Assembly: GCA_963716945.1 (NCBI GenBank)
Contig: OY970322.1
Span: forward strand, 330,001-362,000
Direction of reading: 5' to 3'
Length of the DNA stretch: 32,000 nt
Source: Candidatus Saccharimonadota bacterium
Lineage (GTDB): Bacteria > Patescibacteriota > Saccharimonadia > Saccharimonadales > UBA4665
Below the pieces are notes generated by a model. That model worked only from the letters and a program-made list of their open reading frames with translations, did not search any database and was not told the origin of the DNA. Positions 8,404 to 14,672 of this stretch are shown one piece after another; within the stretch, counting starts at the first letter, position 1; each line of letters opens with the position of its first letter. Made by a program: the position numbers and the translations under genes.

Positions 8404-9285
8404 TCAGAACCTTGACAACACCATGTAAATTGATAAAACCGCGACCCCCAGGATGACCACCACCAGCGTCGACAACTGCAGCACGTTCCGGTAAACCGCC
8501 GCCTGCGACATCGGGTTGCGCCCGACCGAAATAATGCTGCTGTGGATCATGGCGTAGATAATGCTGACGACGATCACCAGCGTCACGATGAAAATACCGA
8601 TGCTGATCAGGATCGGCAGGGAATTGACGGTTTTGCCGGCCAGGGCGTCGGCGATGTTTTGGATGGCCTGGGGGATCAGGGTTTTGGTCGGCTGTTTGTA
8701 GTAGTAGGCGACATTGACCAGGACCGGCACCTCGCCCAGCAGGACGGTGTGTTTTTGGTGGTTTTTGTCGATGTAAGTCTGCTGGCTGCTGGTACTGTTC
8801 GGGAAGACGTCCTGGGCGGTGCCGATGATTTCGGCGTTGCTGCTGGTTTTCATGCCGACACCGCTGATCGGCGAGGCCGTAATCGGGTCGCCGACCTGGA
8901 TGTTGCCGTTCATGTTCGATACCAGCACCTGTTCGATGCCGTTGGTGGCGACCTGGACCTGGTTGCTCTGGCCCGACGACAGCGAGACCTGGGAGTTGTC
9001 GCTGCCGATGATGACGCCCAGCAGGCCGCTGGCGTTGCCGACCGTGGCCGGGTCGACGTAATCCGAGGAATTTTTCTGCAAACTGACAATCGAGCCCGTC
9101 GGCGGATTGCCGTTGGCCAGGAAGCCCTGTGAAATCAAGGTGTCGGCGGCGGCGATAGCCGGAACGGCAAGGGCAAGGCAAACGGCGGCCGCGGCCAGCC
9201 GGAACCCGGCGCCGCCCGGTTTGGACCGCCTGGCCACGCGGCCCCCATAGCCGTTTTTAATTAATTTTTGCGTTTTCATTTCCAT
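8404..9285 (-). CDS. Signal-peptide protein with a ~170-aa extracytoplasmic domain and a C-terminal TM-GRNP-TM hairpin; first gene of the atp operon
   Basis: 293 aa with AAGGTGG upstream of the ATG at 9285. Signal peptide is FRLAAAAVCLALAVPAIAA|ADT. C-terminal TM1 spans aa 223-254, the loop G255-R256-N257-P258 follows, and TM2 spans aa 268-290. Its stop at 8404-8406 is 1 nt from the atpF ATG at 8402, suggesting translational coupling. Confidence 0.6.
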   Translation of the reverse strand: MEMKTQKLIKNGYGGRVARRSKPGGAGFRLAAAAVCLALAVPAIAAADTLISQGFLANGNPPTGSIVSLQKNSSDYVDPATVGNASGLLGVIIGSDNSQVSLSSGQSNQVQVATNGIEQVLVSNMNGNIQVGDPITASPISGVGMKTSSNAEIIGTAQDVFPNSTSSQQTYIDKNHQKHTVLLGEVPVLVNVAYYYKQPTKTLIPQAIQNIADALAGKTVNSLPILISIGIFIVTLVIVVSIIYAMIHSSIISVGRNPMSQAAVYRNVLQLSTLVVVILGVAVLSIYMVLSRF

Positions 9286-9383
9286 CCACCTTGTTAACCT
9301 GGGCTTTATTATAGCAAATAATTCCTGAGGTAAATCCCTGTTCGGCGGCCCGGCCGGATTAGGCCGCCCGTAGCCGCCGGCTG

Positions 9384-9413
9384 TTGACGAAGACCCCTGA
9401 TTACTCTTATGCT
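9384..9413 (+). promoter_or_regulatory. Sigma70-like promoter (TTGACG-18-TATGCT) upstream of the mini-prepilin ORF
   Basis: The -35 is TTGACG at 9384-9389 and the -10 is TATGCT at 9408-9413. Confidence 0.4.
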
Positions 9414-9449
9414 AAACACGTGCCACTAACTAACCGGGCAGGTGTAAAA

Positions 9450-9563
9450 ATGCGCAAACCGCCAACTGGCCAAGCCGGCTATACCTTACTCGAACTGCTG
9501 GTCGTGATCATAATCGCGTGCATCTTGATCACGCTGATAGTCATCAATCTGGCGAACAAATAG
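9450..9563 (+). CDS. 37-aa prepilin-type N-terminal cleavage/methylation peptide (type IV pilin N-terminus only; micro-protein or gene remnant)
   Basis: Not in the ORF track because it is under 60 aa. I translated it as MRKPPTGQAGYTLLELLVVIIIACILITLIVINLANK-stop. It has the class III signal pattern: a basic leader, G|YTLLE with Glu at +5, then a hydrophobic helix. AGGTG lies 6 nt upstream of the ATG. Confidence 0.5.
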   Translation: MRKPPTGQAGYTLLELLVVIIIACILITLIVINLANK

Positions 9564-9568
9564 CGAAA

Positions 9569-9973
9569 CTATTTCAGCTTCGAGGTGCAGAAAGCACAGC
9601 GCCTGGCGTCTTTGGGGATCTGGCTGAGGCACTCCGGGCATTTCTTCTCCGTCGGTTCCTCAGCCGTCTTTTTACGGTTGGTCAGGGCGACGAACTTGTT
9701 CAACGGCTGGACGACGAAGAAAAAGATAACCGACGATATCAGCAGGAAAGAAATAACGGCGTTGAGGAAGTCGCCGTACATGAACTTGCTGCGGTTAAGC
9801 GTGAAATACAGGTTGGAAAAGTCGGGTTTGCCGCCGATAGCACCGATTAACGGCGTCACCAGGTCTTTCACGAGCGCGGTAACAATCGCGCCGAACGCCG
9901 CGCCGATGACGACGGCTATGGCCAGGTCGACGGCGTTGCCGCGCAAGATAAATTTCTTAAAGTCGTTTAGCAT
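9569..9973 (-). CDS. mscL: Large-conductance mechanosensitive channel MscL with a C-terminal CxxC...CxxC zinc-ribbon-like tail
   Basis: The N-terminus is classic MscL (FKKFILRGNAVDLAIAVVIGAAFGAIVTALVKDLVTPLIG). The C-terminus reads KKCPECLSQIPKDARRCAFCTSKL. Confidence 0.9.
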   Translation of the reverse strand: MLNDFKKFILRGNAVDLAIAVVIGAAFGAIVTALVKDLVTPLIGAIGGKPDFSNLYFTLNRSKFMYGDFLNAVISFLLISSVIFFFVVQPLNKFVALTNRKKTAEEPTEKKCPECLSQIPKDARRCAFCTSKLK

Positions 9974-10036
9974 AACTCCCCCTGTGATTACCTTAGTTTA
10001 ATCATATACTAGTCCGGCATCGGCCAAAGTCAAATG

Positions 10037-11086
10037 TTAGGGCCGGTGGCCGCGCCGCGCCGCCCGGCCGAACCGGTGCAAAACCCGGCGGTGGCTCGCA
10101 GCCTGCGACGCGGCTGTCGGCTCGGCCCCCAAAACCGTGGTCCTGGGCGGACGCGACACCGGTCCGCGGGGCGGGTTCGTCCGGTGTTCCTGGTTGACGC
10201 GTTCGTAATCTTCCGGTGTCAGCAGCCTACCGACCGACGGGTCTTCGATGACGGCTTCGATGGCGGCTATCGCTTGGCCGGACTGCCGCCTGGTCTGTTC
10301 GACCAGGCCCCTCAAGCTGATCACGGCCGGCAAGGCTTCAAGCCAGGCGCCTAACTGGGCAGTGTCTTTGTCCTCGATATTCAGGCCGTTATACCAGTCC
10401 AGGGCGTCGGCCGCCGGGACGACCGCGGCCTCGCGGCCCATCGGGTAGGGGTTATCGTAAAAAGCTAACTTTACATGCCGGCTATCGGGTTTAATCGACC
10501 CGCCGGCTTCGGCCGCCAGGTGCGGCCCGCTGTCCCAGCCAAAGGTAACCTGGCCAAGCGGCAGAGGGGTGATCCGTAGCATGGCGTGGCCTGCGATATT
10601 GAAGTTGAAGTTATAAATGCCGTCCGGCCGGGTGCAGATTACGCCGCCGGACTGGTTGCGCCGCGAATAGCTGAAGCTGAACTCGCCTTCGGCCGAACGC
10701 CCCCCCATTCTCCAGAATTCGCTCGGCTGGTCGTCTTCGTCCTCCGGCCGGTGGAAGATGACGGCGGCACTGAGGAACTCGCCGGCCGGCCCCCTCAGCA
10801 AACGGCTGTCGCGGCCCGGCCTGTCGGATGACGCGCCGGCGTTTAATTCCGTTCTCTGGGTGTTTTCTTCGTCAAGGGCGTATTCGCCGCCGGGGGAGCG
10901 CCAGGCCGAAGCCGTCCAACCGCCTTCGGCCAACCTGGGGTCCCGGGGCTGGCCTATGCTATCTATCAAGGGCCGGATGCCGGCGACGGTTTCACGGATG
11001 GCTTCCGTGACTACCGCCAGGTCGGCCGCGGCCAGGCTGGACTCATGGTCCGATGCCGGCCGCTCTGAGGGGGGAACTCCTGCCAT
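10037..11086 (-). CDS. Hypothetical cytoplasmic protein (orphan)
   Basis: Long ORF with codon usage typical of this window. Start trimmed to the ATG at 11086; the track's TTG at 11107 lies inside the predicted -10 box. No TM segment, signal peptide or motif that I recognise. Confidence 0.5.
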   Translation of the reverse strand: MAGVPPSERPASDHESSLAAADLAVVTEAIRETVAGIRPLIDSIGQPRDPRLAEGGWTASAWRSPGGEYALDEENTQRTELNAGASSDRPGRDSRLLRGPAGEFLSAAVIFHRPEDEDDQPSEFWRMGGRSAEGEFSFSYSRRNQSGGVICTRPDGIYNFNFNIAGHAMLRITPLPLGQVTFGWDSGPHLAAEAGGSIKPDSRHVKLAFYDNPYPMGREAAVVPAADALDWYNGLNIEDKDTAQLGAWLEALPAVISLRGLVEQTRRQSGQAIAAIEAVIEDPSVGRLLTPEDYERVNQEHRTNPPRGPVSRPPRTTVLGAEPTAASQAASHRRVLHRFGRAARRGHRP

Positions 11087-11095
11087 AATGCTTAA

Positions 11096-11124
11096 TTTAT
11101 AGTACAAATTACTGCGCTTGTCAA
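11096..11124 (-). promoter_or_regulatory. Near-consensus promoter TTGACA-17-TATAAA for the 10037..11086 gene (near-leaderless)
   Basis: On the minus strand, TTGACA is at 11119-11124 and TATAAA at 11096-11101. The ATG at 11086 lies 9 nt downstream of the -10 box. Confidence 0.5.
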
Positions 11125-11195
11125 TTCAGGGCCCGCAACGGGCGGATAAAAATATAGTTCAAACCCGGCCAGCCATCATTTCAAACCGCTAATGC

Positions 11196-11224
11196 TTGCG
11201 TTAAATTCCGGATGTAATTATGAT
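11196..11224 (+). promoter_or_regulatory. Promoter TTGCGT-17-TATGAT for the 11251..11844 gene
   Basis: The -35 is at 11196-11201 and the -10 at 11219-11224. GGAGAG lies upstream of the ATG at 11251. Confidence 0.45.
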
Positions 11225-11250
11225 ACATGGGCTCTGGAGAGTAATAGCTT

Positions 11251-11844
11251 ATGACGGAATACTTAGACACCCTTGAACCTGACGCCACCATAGTCAGTAT
11301 CTTAGACGACATCTACTCGGATGCCCGGGGCCTTGCCGGCCGGGCCGAGGCCCTGCTGGTGGCCGCCCACGGACCCGACAGCGGTTTGACGACCATACCG
11401 GGCATGGCTTTACAGATGGATCAGGTATCCTCACGGGCTCCTCACGGCGAAGACTTATCAACCGAGCGTTTATTTACCGATACCGACTTGGGACGCCGGG
11501 TTTTACTGTCGGTGTCGGCCACTGAAGGCTACACTACGATTCAACAGAGGGCCGTGCAGGCCCCTAGGGGCGGTGAAGTCGGCGGCTACGTGCTGGCGGT
11601 TTCCCAAACCGGCCTGATAGAGTGCGTTTTGCAAGCCGGTGACCCGGCTGATGAAGCGGAGCCCGTCGGCCGCGACCTGCTGCCGCCCTGGCGCTTCGTA
11701 TCCGAGCTGCCGGATGACACAAGGGATCGTTTAAGGGCCGTAACCAGTTCCTTGAGGGGCAATATGGCCGCCGTCGAATTAATCATGGAAGGCGTCGATC
11801 CCGAAGAGGCGCTGGCCGCCGTCAGCCACGCTGCCGCGGCCTAG
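11251..11844 (+). CDS. Hypothetical acidic cytoplasmic protein (orphan)
   Basis: 197-aa ORF with its own promoter and SD. No recognisable motif. Its stop shares the palindrome CTAG (11841-11844) with the convergent DipZ-like gene. Confidence 0.5.
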   Translation: MTEYLDTLEPDATIVSILDDIYSDARGLAGRAEALLVAAHGPDSGLTTIPGMALQMDQVSSRAPHGEDLSTERLFTDTDLGRRVLLSVSATEGYTTIQQRAVQAPRGGEVGGYVLAVSQTGLIECVLQAGDPADEAEPVGRDLLPPWRFVSELPDDTRDRLRAVTSSLRGNMAAVELIMEGVDPEEALAAVSHAAAA

Positions 11845-13550
11845 CTGCCAAAGGTAAACGTATACAGCTGCACCCCTTTAGGCACGCTTAAGGTAACCGT
11901 CGTGTTGCCGAACTGTCTCAAGGACACGATGTGGTAGAGACGGGAAGCGCTGACCGTGACCTGGCCGTTTACCGCGTCGGCCCCGTACTGGCCGGCTTGA
12001 CCGCTTGGCAAGCCGACTGAAACGGTTTGGTTTTGGGCGCTTGCGCCGCTGGCGACCATATAAACGTCTTTGGCGCTGACGCTGATGGCCAGCGTGGATT
12101 TATTGGCGCCGCTGCTGATATATTCGGGGTTGATTTGCCAGTTGCCGCCCAGGGTCCACTGGCCGGATGCCAGCGGGGCGGCCGGTTTGAAGTCCGCCGT
12201 CCCGTCGCCTAAGACGGCCGGCGTACCGGTGTAACTTTGCTCCCGGTTGGTGCCGAAATAAGTTTCCGCGGTTTGGTCCTGCGAGATCGGCACCGTGCCG
12301 CCCGGCGTTTGCAACGGCGCCTTGATGCCCAGCAGTTCCTGGATGGCCTCCTCGGTCTTGTCGTAGTCGCCCTCGCCGAGGCTGACGTAGCGGACATTGC
12401 CGTCCTTATCGATCAAATAGTCGGCCGGCCAGGAATCATTGTTGTAGGCGTTCCAGGTGTCATCGTTATTGTCCAGGGCAACCGGGTAGAGAATGCCGTC
12501 TTTTTTGACAGCCGCCGCGACGTTGGCCGGGTTGTGCTCAAAAGCGAATTCCGGCGTGTTAATCCCGACGATAACCAGGCCTTTATCCTGGTATGCCTGG
12601 TACCATTTCTCGATGTAGGGCAGAGTCCGGATGCAATTAATGCAGGAGTAGGTCCAGAAATCGACCAGTACGACTTTGCCCCGGAGCTGGCTCATGGTCA
12701 GCGGCGGGCTGTTAATCCAATTGGTCAGGCCCTGGAACTGCGGCGCCGGCGCCGGCTGGACGTTCAGCACGTCCGAGCCGGTTGCGGCCTGGGCCAGGTT
12801 ATGGATAATCGAGTTCTTATGCTGCTTGGCCAGCAAAACCCGTTCGATCCGGGTCTCGTCAAAAGGCAGGTGGTTGGCCACCCACGTTTCGGCCTTAACC
12901 TGGTAGCCGCTGATGACCGCCACACCGATCAGGATAAAAACTACGCCCAGCGCCCGCCGGAACAGGCTGTGCGTGTCAACCGCCCACTCGAACCGGCTGA
13001 TGAACTCCCGCCCAGCGACTGACACCAATAGCAGCGCCAGAACCAGGCCCAGAGTATAGGCGCTCAAATAAATCAGCCCGGCCACGAAACTGCCCGGCAG
13101 CACCGACGCCAGGATGAAAGCGTAAGTCGGGCTGCAGCTGGCGAAGACCGGTCCCAGCGCCACGCCGATTAGCACCGGCCCGACGTATTTATCCTTGTTC
13201 TTTTCGCCTTTGCCGAGGAAGCGCTGCGACGCCGCCTGCCAGTTCAGGCGCACCATCAGCGCTTCCCACCACTCCGGTACGAGCGCCGCCAGACCGAGGG
13301 CGATTAGCAGCCCGCCGGAGAAATCGGTCAGCACGTCCGGCGGCAAATTAATCAGTATGGTGCTGACTTTGAGCAGCAAGGTGAAGAAGATAATCGACCC
13401 GGCCAGTGCCGCCACGATGATGTAGGGCCGGCCTTTTTCCTTGGCTTTACCGCCGACGGAACCGCCGACGATGACCGGCAGCACCGGCAGCACGCACGGG
13501 GCGAGAATCGTCAGCACCCCCGCGATGAAACTTATAATTAGCAGCAGCAT
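11841..13550 (-). CDS. DipZ-like thiol:disulfide interchange membrane protein (CcdA/DsbD-type membrane domain + thioredoxin-like domain + C-terminal beta domain)
   Basis: N-terminal CcdA-like TM region with a conserved Cys (LTILAPCVLPVLPVIVG). Periplasmic redoxin domain with a CxxC motif (DFWTYSCINCIRTLPY). About 150 further C-terminal residues follow. Confidence 0.8.
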   Translation of the reverse strand: MLLLIISFIAGVLTILAPCVLPVLPVIVGGSVGGKAKEKGRPYIIVAALAGSIIFFTLLLKVSTILINLPPDVLTDFSGGLLIALGLAALVPEWWEALMVRLNWQAASQRFLGKGEKNKDKYVGPVLIGVALGPVFASCSPTYAFILASVLPGSFVAGLIYLSAYTLGLVLALLLVSVAGREFISRFEWAVDTHSLFRRALGVVFILIGVAVISGYQVKAETWVANHLPFDETRIERVLLAKQHKNSIIHNLAQAATGSDVLNVQPAPAPQFQGLTNWINSPPLTMSQLRGKVVLVDFWTYSCINCIRTLPYIEKWYQAYQDKGLVIVGINTPEFAFEHNPANVAAAVKKDGILYPVALDNNDDTWNAYNNDSWPADYLIDKDGNVRYVSLGEGDYDKTEEAIQELLGIKAPLQTPGGTVPISQDQTAETYFGTNREQSYTGTPAVLGDGTADFKPAAPLASGQWTLGGNWQINPEYISSGANKSTLAISVSAKDVYMVASGASAQNQTVSVGLPSGQAGQYGADAVNGQVTVSASRLYHIVSLRQFGNTTVTLSVPKGVQLYTFTFGS

Positions 13551-13648
13551 CTTAAGTCCAAGTATAAACCGAATGCTTAATAACTACTTAATGCCTCGTG
13601 ATAACGCCAGCGCTTGCAATCCGCCGGGCAGCGCTCTAAGCTGTTCCC

Positions 13649-14008
13649 ATGCCCGTTCTCTATATCAAGGACCTGGTCGTCGAAGGCAAGCACGGCGTGC
13701 ACCTGCACGAACAGACGACGCCGCAGCGCTTCAGGATAAACGTCGAACTGACCATCGACACCTCGAAAGCCGCCGCCTCGGACGGCCTGGCCGACACCGT
13801 CAATTGGTCCGAGCTCAGGGATATGGTCACCGACACCGTCCGGAACCGGTCATTCGGTTTGGTCGAGCGGCTGGCCCAGGCCTTGGCCGACCAAATCCTG
13901 GCCGACGGCCGTGTCGAAAAACTGGTCTTGTCGGTCGACAAACTCGACGCTTTCCCGAGCGGCATACCCGGCATCCGCATCGAAGCCGCCGGTCCGGCTG
14001 CCGGCTGA
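13649..14008 (+). CDS. folB: Dihydroneopterin aldolase
   Basis: 119 aa with the FolB-like pattern (IKDLVVEGKHGVHLHEQTTPQRFRINVEL ... ASDGLADTVNWSEL ... LVERLAQALADQIL). Confidence 0.8.
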   Translation: MPVLYIKDLVVEGKHGVHLHEQTTPQRFRINVELTIDTSKAAASDGLADTVNWSELRDMVTDTVRNRSFGLVERLAQALADQILADGRVEKLVLSVDKLDAFPSGIPGIRIEAAGPAAG

Positions 14009-14029
14009 TATAATAATTCGGTGCCAGCC

Positions 14030-14106
14030 GCCACCTTAGCTCAGTTGGCTAGAGCGCCGCTTTCGTAAAGCGGAGGTCCGGGGTTCGAATCCCCGAGGTG
14101 GCTCCA
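14030..14106 (+). tRNA. tRNA-Thr (anticodon CGU), CCA encoded, discriminator U73
   Basis: Cloverleaf folded by hand: acceptor GCCACCT/AGGTGGC, D arm GCTC..GAGC, anticodon stem CCGCT/AGCGG with loop TTCGTAA, T arm CGGGG-TTCGAAT-CCCCG. Confidence 0.9.
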
Positions 14107-14139
14107 TAGTTTCACTGTCGGACGCTTCGCTCGTGTCAA

Positions 14140-14164
14140 CATGAAACCCCGCCGGGGTTTCATG
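14140..14164. other. Perfect 11-bp hairpin (CATGAAACCCC-gcc-GGGGTTTCATG) inside the tRNA-Thr/tRNA-Gly spacer
   Basis: Direct inspection shows a perfect inverted repeat with a 3-nt loop. It abuts the duplicated tRNA 3' fragment. Confidence 0.7.
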
Positions 14165-14189
14165 GGTTCGAATCCCCGAGGTGGCTCCA
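14164..14189 (+). repeat. 26-nt exact direct repeat of the tRNA-Thr 3' end (T-loop, T-stem 3' strand, acceptor 3' strand, CCA)
   Basis: GGGTTCGAATCCCCGAGGTGGCTCCA occurs at 14081-14106 within tRNA-Thr and again at 14164-14189. No matching 5' acceptor strand precedes the second copy, so it is not a functional tRNA. Confidence 0.85.
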
Positions 14190-14197
14190 CGTGATCC

Positions 14198-14272
14198 GCG
14201 GGTGTCGTATAACGGCTATTATGTAGCCTTCCCAAGGCTGAGACGCGGGTTCGACTCCCGCCACCCGCACCA
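14198..14272 (+). tRNA. tRNA-Gly (anticodon CCC), CCA encoded
   Basis: Acceptor GCGGGTG/CACCCGC, anticodon stem TAGCC/GGCTG with loop TTCCCAA, T arm GCGGG-TTCGACT-CCCGC. Confidence 0.85.
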
Positions 14273-14300
14273 GCATAAGTGCTACAATAAGGTTTAAACC

Positions 14301-14666
14301 ATGGCGACTTCCAAGCAGTATTTTCATGACCATTTAGTGATGCTGTTGCTCAGCATCGACGCTTTCTTGGCCGTCGGCGGCAGCATTTTTATTTTGCTTA
14401 GCCTCAGCAACGGCCACAGCAACGGCTACATAGTTCAGTGCCGCGACTGCTCCAACCCGGCCGCCGTCAGCAGGTTCACTAACGGCAACCTCACCGGCTT
14501 GCTCAGTTTCGTGGTTTTCGCCGCTCTGGTGCTGGCCGCCCATTCCGTCCTGAGTTTCAGGGCTTACAAAATCCACCGGCAGCTGGCTGTCGCCATCCTG
14601 GCACTCGGCATCCTGCTGCTGATACTCAACATCATAGTCAGCAACGCCCTCCTGGTATTGCGTTAG
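14301..14666 (+). CDS. Small integral membrane protein (about 4 TM helices)
   Basis: 121 aa with four hydrophobic segments. It ends 6 nt before the GT2 gene, so it is probably co-transcribed. Confidence 0.55.
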   Translation: MATSKQYFHDHLVMLLLSIDAFLAVGGSIFILLSLSNGHSNGYIVQCRDCSNPAAVSRFTNGNLTGLLSFVVFAALVLAAHSVLSFRAYKIHRQLAVAILALGILLLILNIIVSNALLVLR

Positions 14667-14672
14667 CCCGCC

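Noticed and set aside
13441-14013. 190-aa plus-strand ORF overlapping the DipZ start and folB
   Set aside because: It is out of frame with folB, whose product has clear dihydroneopterin aldolase motifs. The composition is Arg/Pro-rich, so it is a shadow ORF.
14107-14189. Second complete tRNA (or intron-containing or permuted tRNA) between tRNA-Thr and tRNA-Gly
   Set aside because: Only the 3' 26 nt are tRNA-like. The T-stem 5' strand would be ATGGG (3 of 5 pairs). No complementary 5' acceptor strand (GCCACCT), D arm or anticodon arm can be drawn.
14041-14235. 64-aa minus-strand ORF across the tRNA cluster, and the 69-aa ORF 25083..25292 overlapping tRNA-Pro
   Set aside because: Both overlap hand-folded tRNA genes on the opposite strand, and neither has an SD. 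They are spurious.
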